Shown: positions 1 through 11,000 of the stretch, piece after piece
Layout: each line of letters opens with the position of its first letter
Position numbering within the stretch: the stretch's first letter is position 1
From: an uncultured virus (IMG/VR IMGVR_UViG_2687453178_000004)
Taxonomy: Duplodnaviria > Heunggongvirae > Uroviricota > Caudoviricetes
DNA: 64,000 nt
Strand: one strand, 5' to 3'
Virus record (IMG/VR): IMGVR_UViG_2687453178_000004
Made by a program: the position numbers and the translations under genes
Notes under the pieces: model-generated
What the model was told of the DNA's origin: nothing
Databases searched by the model: none
What the model saw: only the letters and a program-made list of their open reading frames with translations

Positions 1-372
1 TTATTCACCCTTGTAGATACAACCTGCTGTACAAGTTTCTTTGATCTCTAATTTGCTTAGTAGCGGTAGGTTTGGTTTTAGCTGTTGCCAAATCCATTTT
101 GCTAACACTTCGCTGGTCGGGTTTTCTAGACCTTCGATGTCGTTTAGGTAGTAGTGGTCTAAGCGATTGTAAATTGGTTTAAATGCAGCTTTTATCTCTG
201 CAAAATCCACAACCCAACCTGTATGTGGATCAACTTCACCTTCTACATAAAGACGAACAAGGAAAGAGTGTCCGTGCAAACGACCACACTTGTGACCTTC
301 TGGTACGTGTGGCAAATGGTGTGCCGCTTCGAACATAAACTCTTTGTATATTTCTGACAAATGGGATGGCAA
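1..372 (-). CDS. queD: 6-carboxy-5,6,7,8-tetrahydropterin synthase
   Basis: [35 protein letters not shown] and ETCT motifs. Likely start is TTG at 372 after an AGAGG RBS; the 603 start in the ORF track is probably too long. Confidence 0.93.
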   Translation of the reverse strand: MPSHLSEIYKEFMFEAAHHLPHVPEGHKCGRLHGHSFLVRLYVEGEVDPHTGWVVDFAEIKAAFKPIYNRLDHYYLNDIEGLENPTSEVLAKWIWQQLKPNLPLLSKLEIKETCTAGCIYKGE

Positions 373-416
373 CTTGTTAAACCTCTGTTTTATATAGACT
401 TTTACAGCGCTCAAAT

Positions 417-590
417 AGTGTGTATATGAACTCATATACACGCCTATATACACACTGTATTTTTTCGTGCTCCCCGATATACACACAAATCGGCGTGATT
501 TAAGAAAAGGATCGGGCAAACACGAAACGATAATGTGGTCATTATCGTTGGCTGAGAGGCAATGCGCAAGTGAGTAAAACTTATATACAC
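417..590. repeat. Cluster of ATATACAC direct and inverted repeats (candidate integrase arm sites or operator)
   Basis: ATATACAC at 434, 446, 477 and 583; inverted copy GTGTATAT at 420; AGTGTGTATAT (417-427) pairs with ATATACACACT (446-456). Confidence 0.5.
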
Positions 591-616
591 AATATCCAGC
601 CACCAGCTACACACTC

Positions 617-648
617 AAAAAAAGGGAGCACTTTCGCGTTCCCTTTTA
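617..648 (-). terminator. Rho-independent terminator after the LexA-controlled ORF
   Basis: AAAAAAAGGGAGC-loop-GTTCCCTTTT hairpin. Confidence 0.6.
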
Positions 649-672
649 GCTAATAGATTAAAGCTATCCCCA

Positions 673-837
673 TCAAGAATCATCTTTTTTACTAATGTTA
701 GTAAACTTTGCTTCCTCTAGAAGAAGGGCTGCTTTCATTACTGCGCACTGAATGAACTCTTTTGTGGCATCATCAAGAACATCGCATTCCATTAACTTGG
801 CGATAACTCGTAAGTTGATAGTCAACTGCTCCATCAT
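673..837 (-). CDS. Small SOS-regulated protein, putative antirepressor (weakly Tum-like)
   Basis: GAGG RBS before ATGATG at 837; 54 aa; LexA box upstream. Confidence 0.55.
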   Translation of the reverse strand: MMEQLTINLRVIAKLMECDVLDDATKEFIQCAVMKAALLLEEAKFTNISKKDDS

Positions 838-916
838 TAAATCCTCACGCACAACTCTTAGAAACAAGTTATAGCTACATCACGCATTAGTAGCTCACAG
901 CAATATACTACATAGT

Positions 917-936
917 TACTGTATATTTATCCAGTA
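917..936. promoter_or_regulatory. LexA (SOS) box
   Basis: TACTGTATATTTATCCAGTA matches CTGT-N8-(A/C)CAG with an AT-rich spacer. Confidence 0.85.
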
Positions 937-1032
937 TACATAATCAAAAATAAACTTTCGAAAACCAAAATAAACAATCAGATACAAATATGTTTTTCAT
1001 TAAAAACTCAACATGATATGCTACAAAAAAGC

Positions 1033-1062
1033 TTGACTATCACGCCTAACGGTAATTATCCT
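1033..1062 (+). promoter_or_regulatory. Putative sigma70 promoter of c4-rha module 1
   Basis: TTGACT-18 bp-TATCCT (TATTCT in copy 2). Confidence 0.55.
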
Positions 1063-1174
1063 ACTTGGGCAACGGCAAAATCCGTTGTCGGGATTGAGAC
1101 CCCGCAATTGCAAAGGCGTGATAACGCCAGCTTTACGCTGGTTTTTTATTGCGTGATTCAGTGCGCCCAAATTA

Positions 1175-1248
1175 TGGTGGACTGGATGAGGGCGCTTCGG
1201 CGCGCCGTTTCCTTTGTAGCGGTAGTCTCAACCTTGTTCAGTTCACCA
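1175..1248 (+). ncRNA. c4/CI-type antisense RNA, copy 1 (specificity loop GTCTCAA)
   Basis: 17-bp closing stem TGGTGGACTGGATGAGG/CCTTGTTCAGTTCACCA; GCGC-TTCG-GCGC hairpin; loops complementary to TTGAGAC (1094, 1257) and CAAAGG (1111, 1291). Confidence 0.8.
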
Positions 1249-1304
1249 CCAGCAGATTGAGACCTCTTGGTGGTGATTTAAATGTCATTACAAAGGAGGC
1301 GACT

Positions 1305-1913
1305 ATGCCAGCACAAACTACACTCCCAATCGAACAACATCGTCCTGAAGATCTCGTCTTTATCTCTCAAACAAATAAACTTGTCACCGATTCTTTTTTG
1401 ATCGCTAAGTACTTTAACAAACAACATAAAGACGTGATTCGTAAAATCAGAAACTTGGAGTGCTCGCATGGTTTTACAGGGCGCAATTTTACGCTTTGCC
1501 ACAAAAACAATGAGTTACAGAACAACAAGCTCCAACCGTTTTATCAAATGACAAAAGATGGGTTCATATTCTTGGTGATGGGCTTTACCGGAAAGAAAGC
1601 TGCCATAATCAAAGAAGCTTACATCAATGCTTTTAACTTAATGGCTGAGAAGCTAACCAAGCAGAGTGAAAACTCCATCGACTTCAATCCAAACCTCTAC
1701 AAAGACTTCGTTGACTTGAAAGAACATGTAAACTTTAGAGTGTTGATTGACGTGGTTGCTGGACGAGCAAGTGGGCTCCAGTTTGTGCCCGATGACGCTT
1801 TTGTGTGTAATAAAGAGAAGTTTATGCACTACATGAACAACAACCGAATCTTCACCAATCAAGACATTATTAAGATCAACGCTATTGCAGCTAAACGTCT
1901 TAGCTTGATGTAA
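1305..1913 (+). CDS. rha: Rha family phage regulatory protein/antirepressor, copy 1
   Basis: VTDS..IAKYF.K.H.DV.RKI, YQMTKDGFIFLVMGFTGKKA and YINAFN motifs; AAGGAGG RBS before ATG 1305. Confidence 0.88.
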   Translation: MPAQTTLPIEQHRPEDLVFISQTNKLVTDSFLIAKYFNKQHKDVIRKIRNLECSHGFTGRNFTLCHKNNELQNNKLQPFYQMTKDGFIFLVMGFTGKKAAIIKEAYINAFNLMAEKLTKQSENSIDFNPNLYKDFVDLKEHVNFRVLIDVVAGRASGLQFVPDDAFVCNKEKFMHYMNNNRIFTNQDIIKINAIAAKRLSLM

Positions 1914-1919
1914 AACAAA

Positions 1920-1948
1920 ATAAAGCCAGCTATTAGCTGGCTTTATTT
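1920..1948. terminator. Bidirectional terminator
   Basis: ATAAAGCCAGC-TATTA-GCTGGCTTTATTT. Confidence 0.75.
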
Positions 1949-2499
1949 TATCTCGAGGCTATTAATTACATTTAATTCCTTCAGGCAATTTCACTCTATA
2001 TTCATAATCAACAGGTTTATTGAAATCTATACGAGCAATTGTTTCGTATATTAAAAAATTATACAAAAACTCTCGACTACAAGATTGATCAAATGTTGAA
2101 CCTAGAGAAAACAACACCTTCTTGTTGGTATCCAGATCGTAATAATGCAAAGAAAACGAATGATAAACCAGTGTTTCACTTATAGTCGAATAACCTGTCA
2201 CACCAAGAACCTTCTGATTTGTCGTACTACAAGAGGTAGATAATCCCCATCCCGAACAATTTGTAGTGGAATAACCACTATCTACCAGCCCTAAAGTTGG
2301 GGATTCATACGTAAAAGAGTCAAACTCCTCTTCCAATCTAATATATACAGCAGCGCGAGGTGTAATATTATTAGCAGCCGCCTCTCGACTTGAGTAGACG
2401 CTAGAAAAACCTCGCTTTTTGAGAGCGTCAACAACTGTACGTACATAAAATTTAGATGCCAGGTCATCTTCGTCTACGGTAGATACGACAACAGGAGTG

Positions 2500-3759
2500 A
2501 GAAGTGGCCCCCAATTTTCGGACATGACTTTAAGTGGTCGATCTGTTTTGATAGTACCCAACAATACAGGGACAGATTATGACTAGAAAACGTAGAAACC
2601 ACTCTCCTGAGTTTAAAGCTAAGGTGGCTCTCGATGCCGCTAAAGGCGATAAAACCGTCGCTGAGCTAGCTCAGAAATATAACCTGCACGCTAACCAGAT
2701 CTCAACATGGAAAAAGGAGCTGCTTGAAAACGCAGCCATGATTTTTGCCACCGAAAATCACTCAGGAAAAGAGAGTTCCGAAGAAGTGGACAAACTTCAC
2801 GCCAAGATCGGTCAATTGACCATGGAAAATGATTTTTTGGCCAAAGTGCTCGGTCGTTAGACCGAGCCCAGCGAAAGAGTTCGCTGGTTAAATCCACCCC
2901 ATTGCCGATAAAGCGCCAATGTGAGCTGCTCAATATTGCTCGCTCTACCGCTTACTATCAACCCATCGGACTCTCTGCTGAGGAGATCACGTTACGACGA
3001 ATGATTGACGAAATTCATCTGCAGTATCCGTTTATGGGCAGTCGGCGCATTCGAACTGAGCTGGCTAAAAATGGCCATAGCGTTAATCGTAAGCGTGTTG
3101 TTCGACTCATGCGCGATATGGGGATTGGGGCGATTTACCCCAAGCCCAAAACGACGCTGGCGAACAAAGCACACAAGGTGTATCCCTACCTGTTGCGTGA
3201 TATCGAAGTCACTTACCCAAACCAAGCTTGGGCGATTGATATCACATATATCCCAATGGCGAAGGGGTTCCTGTACCTCGTTGCGATTATCGACTGGTAT
3301 AGCCGCAAAGTGCTGGCTTGGCGACTATCCAACACCATGGACACGAGTTTTTGTATCGAAGCGCTTGAGGAAGCGCTGAAGCATTATGGGCCACCTGATA
3401 TCTTTAACTCAGATCAAGGCAGCCAGTTTACCAGCACAGAGTTCACACAGAAGTTAATTGAGCATAACGTACGTATAAGCATGGATGGGAAAGGCCGCTG
3501 GGTTGACAATGTTTTCATTGAGCGATTATGGCGAAGCCTGAAATATGAGGAGGTTTACTTAAAGGCTTATACCACGCCCCGTGAAGCCGAGCTTGAAATC
3601 GGCAACTACATGGTGTTTTATAATGAAGAGCGTAACCATCAAGGACTCAATAACCTCACTCCTGATGAGGCCTACTTCGGTAGGCAAAGATACGCAGCAT
3701 GAGCTGGGTCAACCACTTAAGAAATGAGCTTATGTGTCCAACCGTTGGGGTCCACTTCT
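2500..3759 (+). mobile_element. IS3-family element, copy 1 (1260 bp)
   Basis: Terminal IRs AGAAGTGGCCCCCAA/TTGGGGTCCACTTCT; 3-bp target duplication GTG; orfA and orfB. Confidence 0.95.
2579..3702 (+). CDS. IS3 transposase OrfA (2579-2860) and OrfB (DDE), joined by a probable -1 frameshift
   Basis: HTH Orf[17 protein letters not shown] and DNVFIERLW motifs; OrfB frame open from the T6 run at 2833. Confidence 0.92.
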
Positions 3760-4096
3760 GTGTTTAGGAAAATATAAGCTTCTGGATCAAACACAGCATA
3801 CTGGTTTGCTTTAATTATCGTTTGGCATCCAGACAATACCCATATGGATATTAATACAAACAAATACTTCTTCATCATTAATACGCTTCATGTGTAAATA
3901 ATTAGCATGGCATTTCACGTGCAGCTCTCTGCCGTGTTCAGCAAGATTGGTGCAAGTTCATGCATAGAAATTATGCCGTAAAAGCCTAGAAAATCAAAAA
4001 GCAAACTGCTAATCAACCCCCTCTCTTGCTGGACAGAATTACCCTTAACTGTTATATAGTTATCATCGTTTAAGCGTTACTTTATGGAGGTGCTAC

Positions 4097-4576
4097 ATGG
4101 CTAAAGCATTAAGTGTAGCCAATGAGTTTTTAAAGTTAGCTAAAGAATGCCAAAGAGATATTACAAACATGCAGATACAAAAACTTGTATACACTGCTCA
4201 TGGCTTGTCTTTGGGGTATACCGGAAAGCCGCTACTCGATGAAGAAGTAAACGCATGGAAACACGGCCCAGTAATACCAGTGTTGTATCATAGGTACAAA
4301 AAATACATTAACGGCAATATTGATGTTGACCAAGAGATTTCACCTTGCGACGAACTCACTCTAGAAGAAAAAGAGATCATAGCAGGCGCTTATAAAAACT
4401 TTGGCAAGTTTGATGGTTGGCAATTGCGTGAACTTACACATAAAGAAGGCAGCCCTTGGCATAAGGTTTGGTATGACCATTGTGGAAATGCAACTTATAA
4501 TGCGGTAATGCCAAATGACATAATCCGCACACATTATGAGAAAATCAAGGCTACTGGACAAGCTTCATCATTATGA
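4097..4576 (+). CDS. Panacea (DUF4065/SocA-like) antitoxin domain protein
   Basis: VANEFL, ITNMQIQKLVYTAHG, AWKHGPV..LY and LRELTH.EGSPW motifs. Confidence 0.85.
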   Translation: MAKALSVANEFLKLAKECQRDITNMQIQKLVYTAHGLSLGYTGKPLLDEEVNAWKHGPVIPVLYHRYKKYINGNIDVDQEISPCDELTLEEKEIIAGAYKNFGKFDGWQLRELTHKEGSPWHKVWYDHCGNATYNAVMPNDIIRTHYEKIKATGQASSL

Positions 4577-4953
4577 TTTCAGATATCAGTGTAATTGCGG
4601 ATTTTCAGGAAACATCACTACAAGATGAAAATGAGCTGTCTGATGAGGTTGCTGAGTTAAAGCTTCAACTAGAAATTCAAAAAATGCAGGCAGAAATCGA
4701 CAAACTTCGTGCCAGTATAGATGATACAAAAAACAACACTGTGCTAAGAAGGGAGTTGGCTGGCAAAACCTTCTCATTTATGGAGAAGTTTACTATTTTT
4801 TCTGCCTTGGTATTTTGGTTATACATTGCGTCTTTCTTATACAATGGGAAAGAAATTCCTGCATCCGTGATGATAACGTTCATCACAACAACTCTTGCAA
4901 CTGTGATCGGCTTGATGGTCATAATCTTAAAGGGCATGTTCGGCTCAAAATAG
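4573..4953 (+). CDS. Coiled-coil plus two-TM protein, putative toxin partner
   Basis: ATGA overlap with the Panacea gene; acidic coiled coil followed by two hydrophobic helices. Confidence 0.7.
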   Translation: MISDISVIADFQETSLQDENELSDEVAELKLQLEIQKMQAEIDKLRASIDDTKNNTVLRRELAGKTFSFMEKFTIFSALVFWLYIASFLYNGKEIPASVMITFITTTLATVIGLMVIILKGMFGSK

Positions 4954-5008
4954 TTACCGCACCTAGCAGTCTGTCATTTTGTAAGTGGCGCATAGCGCGC
5001 CACTCAAA

Positions 5009-8000
5009 CTACCAACTCTGTTGCTCTTGCAGCAACTTAATATATTTTTGATTATAGTGCGCACCATTCTGTGATTTACTCGCCATTTTGAAATGTTGCT
5101 TCACCGAACGGCTTAAAACTTCGTTGGTGATCGGGTTTTGTCGGCCCCATTCCGAGCGGTTGAACTCACGGATATTGTTAAGCACGCTTTTACGTCCATC
5201 ATTGTCCTTAGTGCGTACCGCCAGCCAGTAAGCATTCATTAAGCTTTGACGACGGCGAGTAACTTGACGTTCGTAGCCTTTCAATGCGCTGTTTGAGTCG
5301 TACTGCTGAACAAGTCGAGCCGGAGTAAAACCAAGCGCTTGTTGAGCATGTTCAAACAATGTCACATCATCAATGATAATTTCACCATTTCGGTTTGTGA
5401 CAGTGCCACCTTCTGAAGCGTATCGCGCAGTTCTAAACACGTCCTTAATCCATTTTGGAGTCATGTATTCTACGCCGCGCAAATACTGGCCTTCTGTCAT
5501 GTAGTCCAAACCACGCGCCCAAGATACAGCAATACCAAATGATGCACCTGCCGCCTGTTGAAGAATGTTTTCAGCAACACCAACGCTATCTTGTGCGTCT
5601 GATTCTTGTACCCAAAGGCGAAGCAAATCAATGTTGATTCGGCTTGAAACGCTAGGCATTGAACCGTAGTACAAGCCTTTCGCAATATCTTCACCGAACG
5701 TCTTAGCAAGTAGCGATTTTAGCTCTGTCTCTGCATCCCAAGGCTCATTGTCATCACCTGCCACTGCATAGGCCATATTAGCAATTGCCGCGATTGTAGC
5801 GACTGGTAGAGCGTTTAGACCGCCAATGGCAAACGTAACGGCAAATGTGCCAAGCAACTGCTTACGCGCTTCCTTTCTCACCTCTGGCGTTTCGCCCTTA
5901 ATTGAATCAAAGAAACGGCTAAACAAGTAGTAAGTCATGTTTTGGCTGTACTGCTTGAACTGCAATGCTACCGCCGCAACGTCACCTTGCATGAATCGAG
6001 CGCGGTTACGGCTCGAATAGTCAAAGTGACTATCCCAAGTCGCTTTAGTTGCGTAATCAAGTGACTCTTGTTTGCTTAGTCCGTTCTTCTTCGCCATACG
6101 GTAAGCAGTGATAAAACAAACCTCACGGTTCATCACTTCGGCCCAATGGAAAGGCGCACCGATTAGTTGCTGTGCTTTCGCCCATTTACCCGTATAGTTT
6201 GACGACTCTTGCTCTGCCATACCTGTTAAGTCGGCCATTTGAGTTACGTCGATAGCACCAATTTTGATCGCGTGGCGTAACGCCTCTCTCTCTTCTTGGT
6301 TAAGTACGTCTCCCAAAATGCCGTTGGTCATGTCCATATCACCACGCAAGCCAGCTTTTGATTTTTTAGCAACGAACGTCTTAGCAAATAGGCCCGATAG
6401 ACTTGCCATTTCCGCCGCTGTTTCCTTAAAACCAAAACGTGAGCCAATGTAAGGCAAAGCAATCTGCCAGTTTTGGGATAAGTTGATCATCGCTGACGCT
6501 GGTGAAATACCGATTTGCCAGAAGAACCCAAAACCAGTTAGCGCTTGCGCCCATTGTGCGCGTTGTGGGTTCATCATCCATTCGTGACGCTTAACCATTT
6601 CGTTATACAAGCGTGACGCCGAAACGTTATTGCTCTTATCCGTGGCAATCTTCAACTCTTCCATTAGATCGGTGAAGCGCTTCTCTGTTTCTAGTCGCGC
6701 TTGTTGGTTCGCTTGGCGAACACCCTGATCTGCTAGAACACGAGCCGCATCTTCTGAATAACCAGCCACACCTTTACGGTGAATGAATGATTTACGAATT
6801 GAACGATCAGGCATGGTTTGCAAATACATTTGGTAGATTTCATCAGTTAACTGATCTTTCACCTTGTCGTTAGTTTGCGCACCTGAGATCGCCTTAATAA
6901 TATCGCTCACGAATGACGCGCTAGCACCATTTAGGCCGCGACTCTCTTGGATTTTTAGACCAAAGCGCACTTGTCCAACTTCTAAGTTCGCATTCTTATC
7001 ATCCTGAACCTTGTAGCCAGCCGCCTGAAGCTTTTTAACGTCTTTCATCATGGCGTTTTCAGTCTCATACATTTGGAATACACGCTCACCGCTTGGGTCA
7101 ACGGCATCGATCCAGTAGTTACCAAAACGCGCCAACGGAACATAGAAACCAAGGCGTGATTTTTCCATCATGTAACGATGGTAAGTGTTCTCACCTGCTC
7201 GTTTGTTACCAGCCATGGCAAGATCAGTAATGCGCTCTTCTAGCGCCTTATCCATTTCCTCGCGTTGGCTAATGTAGTGATCGCGCACATCGGTAAAGAC
7301 TTTTTGAGCATCTGGCGAAAGCTGTAGGAACTTCTCGCGTAATGCCTTGTGTTTAAGTCTTAGTTTCGGCTCGTTCTTAATCTCACGCTCTAGCGCTTGG
7401 CGTTCTTGCCAAATTTCAGAACCGCGCTTAGTTTGCGAACCGCCGTACTCTTGGTAAAGCTTCGCTAGTGTTTTGAGTAGCACTTTCTTCTCATCAGTTT
7501 GGTCAACATACTCTTTTGACGGGTCAACATCGGCCAACGTCGCATCGTGCAACAAACTAAAGGTAGCTTCGGCGTCTTGTGGCTTATCCTTACGGAACTT
7601 ATTCAAGGCATCAGCTTGTTTGTGAACTTTCTCAATCAAGTCTGTTTTGCGTGTAGTAAACAAATCTTTGTTGTTTACATACGACTCAAGAATGTTGCCA
7701 ACCTCACGGCTTACTCGTTTTCTACCTACTTCAGCCATTTGGCGTAGGTTTAACAACGCCCAACCACCATTTTTAAGCGCATCAAACTGCTTGCTAATAA
7801 ATGGAACGTTGATATTGCCAAGCATTTGCTTGTAGAAACTCTCATTCTTCGCTGCCAACGCATCAGCAATGCTCACAATTGGATCGCCTTGCTGCGCCAA
7901 ATCCTCATCCATGCTTGAGATTGTTTGGCTAAAGCGCACAACGTTAGAAAGCGTGGTCATTCCGTTAGGTTTTCGAAGGTCGCTATCCACGTTGTTGATC

Positions 8001-11000
8001 ATGTTGCGCACTTCTGAAAGCGTGATTTTCTCTGCACTCAAAATGCCAGAACGACGCAATGCACCAAGCACCCAAGACAACACTTTGTCTAAGATTCGTT
8101 GAGAAACGCTAGACTCTGTTTCTGCAATCTTAGCGATCACCTCTTCCGCTTTTACGTCTTCCGGTGCGGTTCGATATGATTTATCAACCTCGGCAAAGAT
8201 GCCTTTCAAAGAGTTAACGTTTCGTAGGCTGTTGACCTTCTTGGTTAACTGCGCTTGTTGAGCAACGTCTAGGTTTGCGTATAGGCCATTGTGAGCAATA
8301 AACTCATGGCGCAAAGTGCGGCGAACGTCAGCAACGTTTTCCAAGTTTTCTGCCACCAGCACAACACGGTTATCACCGGACAACCATGCGCCTTTAACAA
8401 TCGCATTGGATTCAGTTTCAACCAGTTCATGCAGATCGGCCATAGTTGGCACAACCATTACATTCGCACCTTTCAAACCGTCGTATTGGTTAATCCAATC
8501 TTGAGCGGCTTGAGTAACCTTTTCAGGCGATAGGCTGGTGGAAGGCTTTTTGTTGACTTCGCTGGCCTTGCTGAAACGAATATCGTCGTACTGATCGTTC
8601 GCTGGTTTTTCAATGACAATAATCTTTGTTGCTACGTTCGTAGGGTTCAAGCTGTTCTTGAATGCGCCAGCGTCTAGGTTGATCTCTTCTGCACCAACTT
8701 CATCTAGGTAACGACGGAAGTTTTTATTTGTTGTGTTACCACGATTACCAGCCATTGAGCTAGTGATAGCAACCAACTTACCGCCATCTTTTAGCATCGT
8801 TAGCGCATGGTTGATGTGGTGAATATCTGCATCGTTACTAAATGGAGGATTCATAACAATGCGGTCATAGATTTCACCAGCGTTATATTCCAAGAAATCA
8901 CCAGCAACAACGTTGTGCCCCTTCTCTTCAAGTAATTCGCTTAGAGTGAAAGCAAGTTCACCAACATCAAGATCTACGCCATTTAGAGCTGCAATTTGAT
9001 CGGCAATGTGACCCATACCAGCACTTGGCTCTAGCACTTTCATACCTGGTTTAATATCGGCTAAATCAATGAGCTTTTTCACTTCTGCTTCAGGAGTTGG
9101 GAAGAAGTCATTAAACGCATTACGGTTACCGCGTACAGTTTCCTCAATCTTCTCTGTGAGTTTTTGTAAGCGTGTTTTTTCTTTCTGCGTTGACATTTTT
9201 CCGTTGTTCGCTTGCTCATATTCACGCAAGGCTTGGCGCAACGTGATATCGCCTTTAATACCCATGCGAATTAAGCGATCTTGCGACTTGAATAACTCGT
9301 TGATGTGCTCGACACGGTAAACAGTGTTTGATTTGCTACGCGCTAGCTGGCGCAATTTAGGAATAACTTTATCCCAACGCACACCATTCAAGTTAACGCT
9401 CTCGTGCTCCTTCAAGCCTTTAATGTTTGCTCGAATAGATTTAGCCGTCATCTTGTAACCGTCTAGGTTTTCGATTTCTCGCGCAATGTATTCAAGTGAC
9501 GCTGGCGTACTCTTCGGCGCTGGAAAACGAACGTAACGAGCAACCTGATTAAACTTAGTTTCTGGTTTTAAATGCCAGTTGCCTTGCTGATCTCGATACG
9601 CTAGTTTTTCTCGAACATCTTCAGGCATATCCCATTTAACACGGTTCATAACGCTTGTTAGTTCTTCAAGCTGGCTGATATCAGTCAAGTTGCCTAGCAG
9701 TAGGAACTCGCCAGATTCAACGCCATCGGCAATCTTACGCAAGATATTCGCTTGCGCCTCTTGCTTATCTGCTCGTGCCGCTGCGCTTGCTGCCATGGCT
9801 GCGCGACGAGAAGTATTAGTCAAACGCTGTGTGTTGTTTGACTCATCAGCTTTCGCCTGTAGTGATGCCGCTTTTTCGCGTAGAGCTTCAACTTGCTTCT
9901 CTTTTTTCGACTTCGTTTTCTCTTGATCGCGTTGTTTAACTCGTTCGCTTTGATCAACGTTCAAGCCGCCCATTACAGATAGGAAATCATCACGCGCTTG
10001 TTCAGATTTAAAGTCAAAACGAGCTGGCAAGTTTTTAGGTTTGTAAGCTCGTGCGTACCAACCGCCTAGCTGTTTCGCCTTGGCTCTCATATCGTTGAAA
10101 GTATCGCTATCAACTTCGCTAAACGCAGCGCCATAGCGTTGTTCACCTTTAGCTTCGTTGAGAACATCGACCTTGCTCAACTCGATAGTCCCGTCAGTTT
10201 CAACGGCCTTAACTTCAGCTTTTCGCTCTAGTTCGCGCTTTTCTTGCTCTGCTAGTTTGCTTAACTGATTTTCAGTGTATAGACGGTCAAACTCGGCTAG
10301 CTGCTGGTCATTGAAGGCATCAATAGTGCCGCCGTTAGCTCGTGCGTAGGCTTGGAAATCATCAAGTGTTTGAGGATTATCAAGAGCCTTTTTCTTGCGC
10401 TCGGCTTCCTGCTCACGCTCGATTGCTTGTTGTTTTCGTTTCTCAGCAAGCTTGTTGTAGTCAGCATCACTCATTTCAGAAAGAATGTTGCGCATAGCTG
10501 AAGGTGATTTAACTACAAACATTCCACCATCAGACTGAATAGCAGCAAACTGGTTGCCGATATCTTTAACCGCTCGCTTAACTAGATCGTCTTTACGCAA
10601 GCTTGTATCAATCCATTGGCCCATTTGAGCAAAGAAATTGCCGATAGCTGGCTTCGTGAATTGGCTAAATTCTTCCTCTAAAGCCGGAACATCATCAATG
10701 TAGTTATCAATCAGCTCAATTGCCTCTTCCTTGGTGTACTCGCCACTTTGAAGCGCGTTGATAGCTTTTAGATATTCACGCGCTCCACTTGGGCGAGAAC
10801 GGCCTTTTTTAGCTTTAGACGCATCAGTTTCGTTGCTGGTGGCCTTGCTAGCTTTTGGTTGCGTAGGCTCTGGCTTGTCGTCACTCAGATCGCTCTTTGT
10901 CAAGTCGATTGCTTTTTGGCGTTCTGATTTCACTCGTTCAGATAAGTGGCGATCAGCATACTCACGTAGATACTTATCAAACTCTTTATGCTGTGAAGAA

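Larger units (their letters stand above)
992..1949 (+). repeat. Direct repeat copy 1 (promoter, c4-like RNA, rha, terminator)
   Basis: Near-identical to 13462-14419 at a constant offset of 12470. Confidence 0.95.
1962..3878 (-). pseudogene. Lipoprotein gene (217 aa when intact) split by IS3 copy 1
   Basis: N-terminal part MMKKYLFVLISIWVLSGCQ (lipobox LSGC) at 3878-3760 joins in frame to TPVVVSTVDED after removing the IS and one GTG. Confidence 0.85.

Noticed and set aside
1..372. queD as part of a phage 7-deazaguanine DNA modification system
   Set aside because: No folE, queC, queE or dpdA in the window, and the gene looks like a host gene at the prophage edge. It cannot be excluded without the left flank.
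373..603. N-terminal extension of QueD to 200 aa
   Set aside because: It runs through a repeat-rich regulatory region; an RBS and TTG at 372 give the normal QueD size.
1018..1304. 80-aa ORF and ash-like N-terminal extension of Rha (also 13428-13774)
   Set aside because: They overlap the promoter and structured RNA; covariation supports RNA function, and a strong RBS precedes ATG 1305. A short icd/kil-type peptide is not excluded.
2691..3379. Alternative-frame ORFs inside the IS copies, and antisense ORFs inside long phage genes
   Set aside because: Shadow ORFs with no RBS or motifs, overlapping well-supported genes.
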